A program made the translations under genes and the position numbers. Below the pieces are notes generated by a model, which was given only the letters and a program-made list of their open reading frames with translations, was not told where the DNA came from and searched no databases. A DNA stretch of 64,000 nucleotides, taken from the NCBI GenBank assembly GCA_965372795.1, contig CBDVDR010000004.1, positions 1 to 64,000 of the forward strand, written 5' to 3'. This DNA is from an uncultured bacterium. GTDB lineage: Bacteria; Zixibacteria; MSB-5A5; GN15; FEB-12. Below, in pieces: positions 49,719 to 59,683 of this stretch (position 1 is the stretch's first letter; every line of letters begins with the position of its first letter).

Positions 49719-51023
49719 TTATACTAATTCGCCGGTAACATAATCATCAAATGCCTGCGTGACTTTGATTTTGATCACTTTCTTGCTCGGTACGACCGAA
49801 TCGGGAATTTTGACTTTCACATAGTTATCAGAAACCCCAAAATGATTCCGGTCCTTCTTTGCTTTAAATTCGCTGATAACTTCAAGGGTCTTCCCTATTT
49901 GCCGTTGAAGCAAATTCTTATTGATTTGGTTGGATAATCTTGTCAATCGAGCATTGCGGTCCTTAACAATCAATGGATTGATTTTATCATCCCTTAAACT
50001 GGCAACTGTTCCGGAACGGTCTGAATAACTGAAAACATGCATATAATCGAGCACACCCGACTCTGCCAGCCGATAAGTTTTCATAAAATCTTCTTCGGTT
50101 TCACCCGGGAATCCAACAATAACATCTGCGCCGATATTAGTATCCGGATTTATTTCACGAACATCCCTCACCCGTTGAAGATAAATTTTCTGATCATAAG
50201 GTCGTTTCATCTCTTTTAAAACTCTTGAAGATGCTGATTGAAGCGGCATATGAAAATGACGGCAAATTCGACCATTCGAGTTCGTATACATCTCTAACAG
50301 ATCGCTTCTGACAGTTTGCGGTTCAATCGAAGAGAGCCTTAAACGAAATAAATCAGTCTTGTCAATTATCAATTGACACAATGTCGCCAGATTTTTTATC
50401 TGAGGATCGGTTTTTCTATTTTTATAATGACCCAGATGTACCCCGGTCAGAACAACTTCGTTAAAACCATTTTCAACAATCTTATTTATTTCATCAATAA
50501 TTTTATTGGGATCACGATTGACCAGCGATCCACGCACTTCGGTAATTTTACAGAATGAACATTGTTGGTTGCAGCCATCTGAAATTTTTATCCAGGCTCG
50601 ATTATGCTCAAAGAAATTGGATAAATCGGTTGAACAGCCTTTGTCCGGTTCGCGGTCGAAAAGATCGGGAAGCTGTGATGTCAGGATATTGACAATATCT
50701 TCTTTCTCACTGTTATGAATAATTACATCAACACCCTCCATCCCAGAGAGTAATTCGGGATCATTATCAACATAACAGCCAGCAACAACAATCCGTCCAT
50801 TTGGATTTTGACGGGCAGCCCGCCGTATCCACTTACGAGCGTCAGAATCAGCACGATGAGTGACGGTGCAGGTATTTATAACGTATAGATCAGCTTTTTC
50901 ATTTTTCTGAATTCTTTCAAATCCATAAGGCATTAAAGCAGTTGCGATTTTTTCAGTTTCATATTGGTTAAGCCGGCACCCAATGGTATGCACGGCAATT
51001 TTTTTCATTCCTTTTTTTTCCAT
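49719..51023 (-). CDS. mtaB: tRNA t6A37 methylthiotransferase MtaB
   Basis: TIGCRLNQYE, INTCTVT, radical-SAM CxxxCxxC, VLTGVHLG, RLRLSSIEP. Confidence 0.9.
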   Translation of the reverse strand: MEKKGMKKIAVHTIGCRLNQYETEKIATALMPYGFERIQKNEKADLYVINTCTVTHRADSDARKWIRRAARQNPNGRIVVAGCYVDNDPELLSGMEGVDVIIHNSEKEDIVNILTSQLPDLFDREPDKGCSTDLSNFFEHNRAWIKISDGCNQQCSFCKITEVRGSLVNRDPNKIIDEINKIVENGFNEVVLTGVHLGHYKNRKTDPQIKNLATLCQLIIDKTDLFRLRLSSIEPQTVRSDLLEMYTNSNGRICRHFHMPLQSASSRVLKEMKRPYDQKIYLQRVRDVREINPDTNIGADVIVGFPGETEEDFMKTYRLAESGVLDYMHVFSYSDRSGTVASLRDDKINPLIVKDRNARLTRLSNQINKNLLQRQIGKTLEVISEFKAKKDRNHFGVSDNYVKVKIPDSVVPSKKVIKIKVTQAFDDYVTGELV

Positions 51024-51094
51024 AGCTGAATAATATAACGAAATTCAATTGTAATAGAGCAAAAATAATAGGATAAATTCAATGTTGGGTGAAT

Positions 51095-51126
51095 AAAAAA
51101 AGGCGGACTATTTGATAGTCCGCCTT
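51095..51126 (-). terminator. Intrinsic terminator after rpsA
   Basis: AAGGCGGACTAT-caa-ATAGTCCGCC followed by a T tract. Confidence 0.85.
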
Positions 51127-51148
51127 GAAATATATAAAAATAACCGAT

Positions 51149-53275
51149 TTATTCTTTAGTCTCAGTATCGTCTGAGGCTTCAGAACTTTCTTCTGTGGCA
51201 GGTTTTTCTTCTGCTTCAGGAGTCGCTTCAGCTGGTTTTTCTTCAGCTTCAGGAGTAGCTTCAGCTGGTTTTTCTTCAGCTTTCGGCTTTTCGGCTTTTT
51301 CTTTAACTTCAACTTTGGCAGTTTTGGTCAATTCTTTAGGCATCGCATCAGCAATCGAAGAACTTTCGGTTGTTACCGGATGCTTTGATAAGAATTCTTC
51401 CAGCTCGGAATCTTCACGGCTCTTAAAATAAGCTGTTACAGATAGCACGATTTTATGCTGGTTTTTGTCAAACTCAATAACTTGAAGAGGAATTTCTTCA
51501 CCTTGATTGAATATACCGGTAGGATTACTTAGTTCTTCATGTCCGAGTTGAGTCGTCGGAACAAATCCTTCTACCTGACCATCAAGCTCAACTATAACAC
51601 CACGATCCATAATTTTGATTATGGTTCCGAGACATTCGGTGTTCAGAGAGTATTTGGCAGCCATTTCAGCCCAGGGATCTTCAGTTAATTGTTTGAGACC
51701 TAATGAAATACGCCGGGTATCATGATCGATTTTCAATACCTTGACATCGATTTTATCACCTTTTTTGACGATTTCAGAAGGATGCTGTACTCGTTTAGTC
51801 CATGACATATCAGAGATATGAACTAATCCATCAATACCTTCTTCAAGCTCAACAAAGGCTCCAAAAGCGGTCAAATTACGAACTTTACCATTGACCAGTT
51901 GATTGACAGGATATTTATCATCAATCGTTGCCCACGGATCCGGTTCCATCTGTTTGATACCAAGAGAAATTTTCTCATGATCTTTATCTACTGAAAGAAC
52001 GATAGCTTCGATTCCATCATCAACATTCATAATTTTTGATGGATGTTTGATATGCTGGGTCCAGGACATTTCAGAAATATGAATCAATCCTTCAATACCT
52101 TTTTCCAGTTCTACAAACGCACCATAATCGGTAATCGAAACAACTCTACCGTTTACTTTTTTACCTAAAGGATATTTAGTTTCAATGTTTTCCCATGGAT
52201 AAGGGGTCATCTGTTTCAGACCGAGAGAAATACGGGAAGTATTTTCATCAAAATCTAATATTTTAACATCAATTTTATCACTCAGTGAAACGATTTCGGA
52301 GGGGTGACGAATCCTTCCCCAAGACATATCGGTGATATGAAGTAAACCGTCTACGCCGCCAAGATCGATGAAGACACCAAAGTCGGTAATGTTTTTAACA
52401 ATACCGGGGCGAACCTGACCAACAGCAATTTCGCTGAGAAGGTTCGAACGCATTGATTCCCGTTCATCTTCCAATACCATACGGCGGGAGACGACGATGT
52501 TACGTCTGGTTTTGTTCAATTTGATAATTTTAAGTTCCATTTCCTGATTGATCAGAGCATCAAAATCAGGAACCTGACGCAATGCTACCTGAGAACCAGG
52601 CAGGAAGGCATCCACTCCGTTAATGTCGACAACCAAACCACCTTTAATACGGCGATTGATACGACCAACGATTTTTGCACCAGCATCATGGACGTCGCGA
52701 ATCTTATCCCAGACTCGCATAAAGTCAGCTTTTTGTTTCGAGAGAATCAATTGACCATTAGCATCTTCGATTTGCTCCAGAAACACTTCAAGTGAATCAC
52801 CGACTTTGATATTCAGGGGCATAGTAAACTCGCTCATCGGAATAATACCTTCCGATTTAAAGCCTACATCAATGATAACATCGTCACGGCTGACACCTAA
52901 TACGGTACCGTTAACGATTTCCCCTTCACGGATGTCTTTTATGGTAGCGTCATACATTTCTACCATTGCCTGATATTCTTCCGGTTCATAAACGACACCG
53001 GATACATCAGTAATTTGAACGGCCGCCACTTCCTGAATCTCTTCTGCCACTGGCATAGTAGACCGGACTTTCGCCTTGTTGATCATACGCTGATGACGTG
53101 AAGTCATCTTGCGTTCAACTTTAACATCTTCTTTCTGAGTTTTTACTAACGATGCTTTGGCAGCTTCATCAGCTTTAGACAGTTTTGTTTTGACGGATTT
53201 GGTTTTCTTTGAAGACGTTGCTTTACGTCTTGAAACCTTGGCGGGTTGTTGGTTAGTTTTTTTGGCTTCTGCCAT
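51149..53275 (-). CDS. rpsA: 30S ribosomal protein S1 with N- and C-terminal extensions
   Basis: Six S1 domains (DGLLHITDMSW, EGLIHISEMSW, ISLGLKQ); follows cmk-plsC. Confidence 0.97.
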   Translation of the reverse strand: MAEAKKTNQQPAKVSRRKATSSKKTKSVKTKLSKADEAAKASLVKTQKEDVKVERKMTSRHQRMINKAKVRSTMPVAEEIQEVAAVQITDVSGVVYEPEEYQAMVEMYDATIKDIREGEIVNGTVLGVSRDDVIIDVGFKSEGIIPMSEFTMPLNIKVGDSLEVFLEQIEDANGQLILSKQKADFMRVWDKIRDVHDAGAKIVGRINRRIKGGLVVDINGVDAFLPGSQVALRQVPDFDALINQEMELKIIKLNKTRRNIVVSRRMVLEDERESMRSNLLSEIAVGQVRPGIVKNITDFGVFIDLGGVDGLLHITDMSWGRIRHPSEIVSLSDKIDVKILDFDENTSRISLGLKQMTPYPWENIETKYPLGKKVNGRVVSITDYGAFVELEKGIEGLIHISEMSWTQHIKHPSKIMNVDDGIEAIVLSVDKDHEKISLGIKQMEPDPWATIDDKYPVNQLVNGKVRNLTAFGAFVELEEGIDGLVHISDMSWTKRVQHPSEIVKKGDKIDVKVLKIDHDTRRISLGLKQLTEDPWAEMAAKYSLNTECLGTIIKIMDRGVIVELDGQVEGFVPTTQLGHEELSNPTGIFNQGEEIPLQVIEFDKNQHKIVLSVTAYFKSREDSELEEFLSKHPVTTESSSIADAMPKELTKTAKVEVKEKAEKPKAEEKPAEATPEAEEKPAEATPEAEEKPATEESSEASDDTETKE
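51201..51280. repeat. 33-bp coding repeat in the rpsA tail
   Basis: (AEEKPAEATPE) x ~2.5. Confidence 0.8.
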
Positions 53276-53466
53276 TTTCTTAAACGAGAACCTCCTTAAA
53301 AAGTAACCCGATAGTTTTGAATTTTTCCCAAAAGGGAAACTATCAGATTGTTCCTGAAATATAACTATTTCAGGAAAGAGCCTCTATATATACAAAAAAT
53401 AGAAATTAATTCAAGAGATTTTTTAAAAATAGAGACTTCTTTAAAATCGGCAAAAATGATTGGGGC

Positions 53467-54081
53467 TTAACTAATTACCGAGTCTCGAATTTCGCCGATC
53501 CGACTCATTACCGCTTCTGACATTTTTTGGTAGCCTTCTTTATTGGCAGGAAAAGAGTCTACCCATTCAGCAGAGAAAGGTTCTCCAAAGGCCACTATAA
53601 ACTTTTCATTCCTCCAGAAACAATCACTAAGTCGGTTGCTGCCATGAATATACGCCGGAACAATCTGACGTTTGGCATGATTTGCAATCAGCCCTATACC
53701 CGGTTTTGGATCAAGAAATTTATCGGTTTTGGATCGGGTTCCTTCAGGAAAGATAACCAGTCCATTCCCATTTTTAACGATATTTATACAAAGTTTCATA
53801 GCACTTCTGTCGAAAACCCCTCTTTTAATCGGCCGAGCATTGACATTCCACATATAAAATCTTGATATTATGTTCTTAAAAAGGGAATCTTTAGCCATAA
53901 AAAAGACAAAACGACCGGTGCAAGAGCCCATTACCGGCGGGTCAAAAATCGAAATATGGTTGCAGGCAAAAATAACTCCACCGCTTTTGGGGATTTTGTT
54001 TTTACCATAAATTTTCAAACCAAAAAATAGTTTTGAAATTAGTAAAATCAGATATTTACTGGTATAAAATATTAAATGCAT
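53467..54081 (-). CDS. plsC: 1-acyl-sn-glycerol-3-phosphate acyltransferase
   Basis: NHISIFD, FPEGTRS. Confidence 0.9.
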   Translation of the reverse strand: MHLIFYTSKYLILLISKLFFGLKIYGKNKIPKSGGVIFACNHISIFDPPVMGSCTGRFVFFMAKDSLFKNIISRFYMWNVNARPIKRGVFDRSAMKLCINIVKNGNGLVIFPEGTRSKTDKFLDPKPGIGLIANHAKRQIVPAYIHGSNRLSDCFWRNEKFIVAFGEPFSAEWVDSFPANKEGYQKMSEAVMSRIGEIRDSVIS

Positions 54082-54085
54082 CTTA

Positions 54086-54784
54086 TTATAATATTGATTT
54101 CATTAACGAAATAATATGGTCAACCTGTCCTTCAATCGTCATGTTTGATGTATCAACAATAATCGCATCAGGGGCTTTTAAAAGGGGTGAATGTTCCCGT
54201 CCTGAATCATAATTATCACGCCGGATTATATCCTGTTTTTGTTCTTCAAGAGTTGTACTGATATCCATTCTCATAAGATCAAGAAGCCTTCTTTGAGCCC
54301 TAACTTCAACCGATGCATCAAGATATATTTTCAGATCAGCATGAGGAAATACTACGGTTGTCGTGTCTCTGCCTTCTGCTACAATAGATCCATGCTTGCC
54401 AAGCTCTTTTTGTTGCTCAACCAATGCTGCCCGAACACCCTTAATGGCAGAAACTTCTGATACATGGCGAGTCACTTCGGGTAATCTGATTTCATTTGTT
54501 ACTTCTTCACCATTGATAAAAACTTTATTAATATCTTCGTGAGTTTCAAAGACAATCGGCAATTTTTTGGCTAAAACTTCAAGTCTTGAATTATCCGATG
54601 GTTCGATATTGTTTTGAAGGGCAAAATATGTTATGGCTCGATACATAGCTCCGGTATCAAGATAACTATAGCCAAGTTTTGCGGCTAAATTTCTTGCAGT
54701 TGTTGTTTTCCCGGATCCAGCCGGACCGTCAAGGGCAATTATTTTTCCCTTAAGTTTGGATAAATTTAATTTCATATCTGTCAT
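54086..54784 (-). CDS. cmk: Cytidylate kinase
   Basis: IALDGPAGSGK, LDTGAMYR, EGRD, RDNYDSGR..SPL. Confidence 0.95.
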   Translation of the reverse strand: MTDMKLNLSKLKGKIIALDGPAGSGKTTTARNLAAKLGYSYLDTGAMYRAITYFALQNNIEPSDNSRLEVLAKKLPIVFETHEDINKVFINGEEVTNEIRLPEVTRHVSEVSAIKGVRAALVEQQKELGKHGSIVAEGRDTTTVVFPHADLKIYLDASVEVRAQRRLLDLMRMDISTTLEEQKQDIIRRDNYDSGREHSPLLKAPDAIIVDTSNMTIEGQVDHIISLMKSIL

Positions 54785-54886
54785 GGTAAAATTCTAAGTC
54801 CTTAATTGAAAAAAGGCAATGAAAATGTTTATCAAGGCGATCAAAAGTTGTATTGGTATTATATAATATTGAGTGAAATAATCCAT

Positions 54887-54912
54887 AAAAAAAAGGGCGC
54901 CAAAGGCGCCCT
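54887..54912 (-). terminator. Intrinsic terminator
   Basis: AGGGCGCC-ttt-GGCGCCC followed by T8. Confidence 0.85.
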
Positions 54913-54935
54913 AAAGCAGACATTTATTATAAATG

Positions 54936-55835
54936 TTAAAAGAAATCAAGTGAAAATGAACCTAATCGATCATCAAGATCAATATCAATCTTATTTTCCG
55001 AACCTTCGTAGGTTTCATTTATGAAGCCGGTGTCGGTTTGAATCATTCCGATTCTTTCCAGATAAGACTTATATGCCTCGCCGGAAATCCTAATGCCAAT
55101 GCTAACCGGCACTCTTAATCGCAACCTTGAATCCTCGCCTTCAATACTCACATTAACCATTGATTGCAAATCACCAAGTTTTAAATAAATTTTTGTATCA
55201 TCCGATTTAAGTGTTAAGTGGTTTAACGGTGTAGACGATAAATTCAGATGGATATCAGAATTATTGCTGTAACATTCAAGGTCTAATGGCACATCTTTAT
55301 TGAAACGCATATACCAATCCTGTGAATCGTCCTGATCAATACTTACCGTACACCCAAGATATGAATGCGTTCTGCCTGTTAATGAAACCATTGCCAGACC
55401 GTTATCGGCATCAAAATCAATTTTAGGTTTTCGGGTAAATTGGTCAAACCTGCCATAGATTAAATCTTTACCAGAATCACGAATAGTAAGATTGGTTTGA
55501 TCGAAATTTAATACAGCATGCAACTTTTCAATATCCGGATCATTTTCCTGTGTAAAATGAGTTTCAGAGAAAAAGCTTTCATTAGCTCCTCCCGTACTTG
55601 AATAAAATGCGATAAAAAATCCACCAAAGAAAAGTGCGACAGAAGACAAATATGCAATAGCTTGTAATCGTGTCTTCGTAAATATTTTCTCAATTCCAAT
55701 TGCAATTAATACAATCGGAGACAAAATAATTAACTCACCCCAAAAGTTATCATTTAGATAACCGGCATTTCTCAATAAAATCAAGATGCCTATCTGGATA
55801 AAAATTAATCCCCACCGTAATTTTGCCGGACTCAT
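54936..55835 (-). CDS. DUF5668/LiaF-like membrane protein with C-terminal beta domain
   Basis: WGLIFI.IG..ILL.N.G...W......P..LIAIG. Confidence 0.7.
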   Translation of the reverse strand: MSPAKLRWGLIFIQIGILILLRNAGYLNDNFWGELIILSPIVLIAIGIEKIFTKTRLQAIAYLSSVALFFGGFFIAFYSSTGGANESFFSETHFTQENDPDIEKLHAVLNFDQTNLTIRDSGKDLIYGRFDQFTRKPKIDFDADNGLAMVSLTGRTHSYLGCTVSIDQDDSQDWYMRFNKDVPLDLECYSNNSDIHLNLSSTPLNHLTLKSDDTKIYLKLGDLQSMVNVSIEGEDSRLRLRVPVSIGIRISGEAYKSYLERIGMIQTDTGFINETYEGSENKIDIDLDDRLGSFSLDFF

Positions 55836-56281
55836 AATGAACTACTTCCGTTATGAGGGACTTCACCGTTAGATTTTAAGTCAGCAGTATTCTCAGTTGT
55901 TGATTCTTTTGGTTTTCTACGGAAAATTAAAACTAACCCGACTAAAATTAATGCAATAGGCCAGAACTCATCCCAGTCAAACCAGTACCAATTTTCACGA
56001 ACGAGTAAAATGACCCCAATACCAATAAGAATCAATCCGGGAAGATACTTATTCCAGGAAGAGAACTGATAATCAACTTCGGTAACAACAATATCTTTTG
56101 GTCTTAGAGGAATTATAACCCAACCGATGATATAAGCAAGTAAACCAATTCCAGGCGCTAAAACTAATAATACTGCTATGATTCTGACAAGGACAGGATC
56201 AATTTCGAAGTATTCACCAAGACCTCCGCAGACACCCCCAAAAACCTTATTCTGTTGAGATCGGTATAATCGTTTATTCAT
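55832..56281 (-). CDS. pspC: PspC domain protein with DUF5668/LiaI-like TM hairpin
   Basis: KRLYRS...KVFGGVCGGLGEYF.IDP.LVR; GGAGG RBS gives start 56281. Confidence 0.85.
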   Translation of the reverse strand: MNKRLYRSQQNKVFGGVCGGLGEYFEIDPVLVRIIAVLLVLAPGIGLLAYIIGWVIIPLRPKDIVVTEVDYQFSSWNKYLPGLILIGIGVILLVRENWYWFDWDEFWPIALILVGLVLIFRRKPKESTTENTADLKSNGEVPHNGSSSL

Positions 56282-56320
56282 TTCAGACCTCCTCGCATTT
56301 GCTTTCATCTATCTTATATC

Positions 56321-56346
56321 TACGCAAAGCTTTAATAAAAGATTCA
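56321..56346 (-). promoter_or_regulatory. SigW-like ECF promoter upstream of pspC
   Basis: TGAATC-N16-CGTA versus the SigW consensus TGAAAC-N16-CGTA. Confidence 0.6.
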
Positions 56347-56391
56347 GAAAAGACACATTAACTTAACAGCCTCATAACAGACAAGTATAGT

Positions 56392-57504
56392 CTATTTTCT
56401 AAGTTTGTTCAATTTCTCTAAATAATTCTCTGCCTTAGCCTTAAGGATTGGATTTTGATCATTTTCAAATCTAAAAATAAATTGCATTGATTTTTCAAAT
56501 TCAACTCGATCATCAGTATTCGAAGCGATTTGATAGTTCAATTTGATCAATTCGCTATGTATCGACTGTATGATAGAATCAGGAAGTACCGTTTCACTTT
56601 CTGTAATAGCATCCATTATGACTTCTCTTTTATCTGCTTTCTCTTGAGAATACATAGTTTCAACGATTTCCATTAGTGAATCTCGCTTAATACGAAGCTC
56701 AGTCAGATCCATTTTGGTATCGGGTGCTAATTTTGATTCATAATATTCTACCGCCCCCGAAGATGCTTTTGTAGTCATTTTAAGTTTTGGCGAAGCTGAT
56801 TTCTTAGGCAGCTCTTGTTTTTGGACAGTCTCAATTTGCTCATCAGGATTTTCTGGCTCAGCATCAATAACAACCCGTTTAGATTTCACAACGCCGGGAT
56901 TTTTCATTACTTTTGACGCTGTTATTGCTTTGTCAAATTTTTCAGGTCTCTTTTGCCTATCGCTATCTTTATCAATTGCTGATAATGATTCTTTAACTAT
57001 TGGAACATTTTCTTTTTGTCGTAATTGATCTTTTTCAATTAAAGTTTCATCACTAATTACCAGATCAGTTTCCGGTTTAATTATAGCTTTAGAAATTCCT
57101 GATACAGAATCTTCAGGCAAAGAATATTCCAACATTTCATCTGCCGGTTGGCTGATTTCATCCTCATTTAGAGCGATAAAGGTTAAAAATGCAATCGAGG
57201 CGGCAGCCGCAGTAAATTTCCAGATATTACCGAATGATGGTTTCTTTTTTATTTCAACAACTTTTTTTTCGTCTTCAATGCCTATTGATTGTTCAATTTT
57301 TTGAGCAGCCTTTTCCCAATATTCATCTGATTTTAATTCAGATCTTTCCTGAACCAAATCGTCGAGCTTACCAAAGTTCTTAAGCAGTTTTTGACATTCT
57401 TCACAACTTTGCAGGTGCTCCTTTACAACTTCCTCTTCATAGGGAGGCAAAGATTGGTCATAGTAAGCAGAGATTCTGTCTTTAAAGTACGAATGTTCCA
57501 TCAA
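56392..57504 (-). CDS. zf-HC2 anti-sigma factor
   Basis: HLQSCEEC, TM helix, downstream of the ECF sigma. Confidence 0.85.
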   Translation of the reverse strand: MMEHSYFKDRISAYYDQSLPPYEEEVVKEHLQSCEECQKLLKNFGKLDDLVQERSELKSDEYWEKAAQKIEQSIGIEDEKKVVEIKKKPSFGNIWKFTAAAASIAFLTFIALNEDEISQPADEMLEYSLPEDSVSGISKAIIKPETDLVISDETLIEKDQLRQKENVPIVKESLSAIDKDSDRQKRPEKFDKAITASKVMKNPGVVKSKRVVIDAEPENPDEQIETVQKQELPKKSASPKLKMTTKASSGAVEYYESKLAPDTKMDLTELRIKRDSLMEIVETMYSQEKADKREVIMDAITESETVLPDSIIQSIHSELIKLNYQIASNTDDRVEFEKSMQFIFRFENDQNPILKAKAENYLEKLNKLRK

Positions 57505-58101
57505 CTACTCCAAATTGAGCATATCTTTTAGCTCTTCCATTAAATATTTCCTTGCCCGATATAATCTCGAATCAACTGTCCCGGGTGGAATTTTTAAATA
57601 ACTGGCAATATCAGCATAATCCATATCTTCAAAGTGTCTTAGCACAAATACCGAACGATATTTCATTGGCATAGCTTTTAATGCCTTATAGAATTTCTCC
57701 TGACTTTCCTTATTAAGAAGCTTATCCAGTGGTCCCAGTGAAATATCTTTTTGGTTAAAACCGCCTAATTCAAGCTTGTCGAGTGACTCTTTTTTTTCTT
57801 CCCGATGAATATAATTATAAGCCAGATTCCGGGCTATGGTTGACAACCAGGGATAAAAGGAATAAGCCGGATTGAAGGTATTTATTGCCTTATAGGCTTT
57901 TAAAAAGCTTTCCTGCACAATATCTTCCGTCGCATCAAAAGATCCCAACATTCCATAAATAAATCGGAAAAGACGCTTTTGGTGCATTCTGACAATCTCA
58001 CCATAGGCTTTCTTATTACCATTTTGAACCGCCTCAATTAACCGCCGTTCTTGAGTTTTTTCTCTAATGTTATTTACCAGCATCAAACCGGTTTCTTCCA
58101 A
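57505..58101 (-). CDS. ECF sigma factor (SigW/RpoE-like)
   Basis: TEDIVQESFLKAY, FYPWLSTIARN, GTVDSRLYRAR. Confidence 0.92.
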   Translation of the reverse strand: MEETGLMLVNNIREKTQERRLIEAVQNGNKKAYGEIVRMHQKRLFRFIYGMLGSFDATEDIVQESFLKAYKAINTFNPAYSFYPWLSTIARNLAYNYIHREEKKESLDKLELGGFNQKDISLGPLDKLLNKESQEKFYKALKAMPMKYRSVFVLRHFEDMDYADIASYLKIPPGTVDSRLYRARKYLMEELKDMLNLE

Positions 58102-58107
58102 TTTATT

Positions 58108-59088
58108 TTAAATATTTCCAGCAGTTAAATTCAGAGCCAGTATTTCAAACGCCATTTCAGGTTTCATAAGACTCAGGCGAAGCTCTGAATCGAGACGGGC
58201 AATACCAATTATTATTTTTTCCAGTTGGTTATTCTGATATTTTTGTGCCTGCCGTTTAAAATTCGGAATTAAAAATGCTCTATTGCCAACCGGTGCTTTG
58301 CCATTTTTCACCAGATATAAAGATATAAAATGCTGTTGCAGAAGTGATGTTAAAACTGTCGGACCGGTGCCATCAGCAATCAAACTCCCGATCATTTTCA
58401 ATACTTTTTTAGCATTCCCCGATACAATCTGATCTGATAATGAGAACATGTTAAAAACTTCATATCCTGAAGAAACCTTTTTAATGTCATCAAAAGTAAG
58501 ATTTGTTCCGGAACCTTTGTAATTGATAAGTTTGGTCAATTCCCCTTCGAGGGCGCCTCGGTTGCCGGCCAGTAAACCAGCGAGCATTGTCAATGCTTCC
58601 TGATCGATTGATATGTTTTCTTTTTCAAGTTTTACTCTTACCAGAGACATAACTTCACCATCAGACATTTTTTTAAATTCGATTGGGTCTGCAGATTTTA
58701 TAATGTTCTTATAAAAAGCTGAACTTTTTTTGGGTACTTTGGAAGCAGGAGAACTGAAAATGATAATCCGGTTTGGATCGGGCGGAGTAAGCATTTTAAA
58801 AATTCGTTCCAACTGTTTCGGTTTATAACTTTGGATATTGGAAACAGCGAATAATTGCCTCTCACCCAACATCGGATAATTTGAAAGCTCGGCAATCAAA
58901 TTAGCTTCCGGAGTTCTTTTCCCATCTATTTTTTTATAATTGGTCAGGCTTTGTTTGTCAGGTAGAAATAATTTTACAATAAATTTTTGGGCTTCAATCA
59001 GACGGTACTCTTCCGGTCCGAAAAAGTAATAAGCCGGCTTGAATTTGCCTTTTTGTATATTATTAAATAATTCTCTTGGACTCGCCAT
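58108..59088 (-). CDS. holA: DNA polymerase III delta subunit
   Basis: YYFFGPEEY, PMLGERQ, ELTKL, FNMFSL. Confidence 0.85.
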   Translation of the reverse strand: MASPRELFNNIQKGKFKPAYYFFGPEEYRLIEAQKFIVKLFLPDKQSLTNYKKIDGKRTPEANLIAELSNYPMLGERQLFAVSNIQSYKPKQLERIFKMLTPPDPNRIIIFSSPASKVPKKSSAFYKNIIKSADPIEFKKMSDGEVMSLVRVKLEKENISIDQEALTMLAGLLAGNRGALEGELTKLINYKGSGTNLTFDDIKKVSSGYEVFNMFSLSDQIVSGNAKKVLKMIGSLIADGTGPTVLTSLLQQHFISLYLVKNGKAPVGNRAFLIPNFKRQAQKYQNNQLEKIIIGIARLDSELRLSLMKPEMAFEILALNLTAGNI

Positions 59089-59119
59089 ACCTGAGTATAC
59101 GAATCAGACGTAGAACACG

Positions 59120-59500
59120 TCAATCAAAAAGCTGTTCGTTGGCAGGATTGTCTTTGGATGGAATCCACTCGACAGAAAATTTATATTTTTCTCTAAAATC
59201 TCTGGTTTTTTCAAATAAGGGGGAAAATTTATAATCAAGCATCTCTTTTTCATTCACCTGATTGACAATACTAAGATTTGTGCCATAAATCTGATAAGTA
59301 TGATTACTGAAATATTTCTGATTTGAATCGATAAATTCCAATAATGCTAACAGCGAGGCAAAATCACTATGGTTATTATCTACAGCCTGAAAAGGAGCCT
59401 TAAACCGTATTCCAATTTCCGGAATCGAAAATGAAACGACCGCAGTTTTATTAGCCTGATTATTCTCAGGCAAATCAAATGATCCAAAATAACATTCCAT
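59120..59500 (-). CDS. RNase H-like fold protein, probably catalytically inactive
   Basis: DNNHSDFASLLALL, IYGTNLSIVNQVN, WIPSKDN.A parallel the RNase HI motifs TNNxAEYxAL, GDSxLVVNQ, xVPRxxN. Confidence 0.55.
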   Translation of the reverse strand: MECYFGSFDLPENNQANKTAVVSFSIPEIGIRFKAPFQAVDNNHSDFASLLALLEFIDSNQKYFSNHTYQIYGTNLSIVNQVNEKEMLDYKFSPLFEKTRDFREKYKFSVEWIPSKDNPANEQLFD

Positions 59501-59512
59501 ATCAATTCTTTA

Positions 59513-59529
59513 TGCAAAGGCTATGCCAT
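59513..59529 (-). promoter_or_regulatory. sigma54 promoter (canonical)
   Basis: TGGCAT-AGCCT-TTGCA. Confidence 0.55.
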
Positions 59530-59635
59530 TAGCAGCCCGAAACGTAAGTTCCTGTATAACAGCGCCTTATAATTGCGGAGATTAAATACATCCTATTTAA
59601 TTGCAAAATTATTCATGTATCGGAAAATAAAAGAC

Positions 59636-59662
59636 AAAAAAAAGCAGGAGAAATCTCCTGCC
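59636..59662 (-). terminator. Intrinsic terminator
   Basis: GCAGGAGA-tt-TCTCCTGC followed by T8. Confidence 0.8.
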
Positions 59663-59683
59663 TTCAAATAAATAATTTTCACA

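Noticed and set aside
51079..51312. Lys/Leu-rich 77-aa ORF and other short alternative-frame ORFs in the flagellar and housekeeping blocks
   Set aside because: Shadow frames of confidently assigned genes
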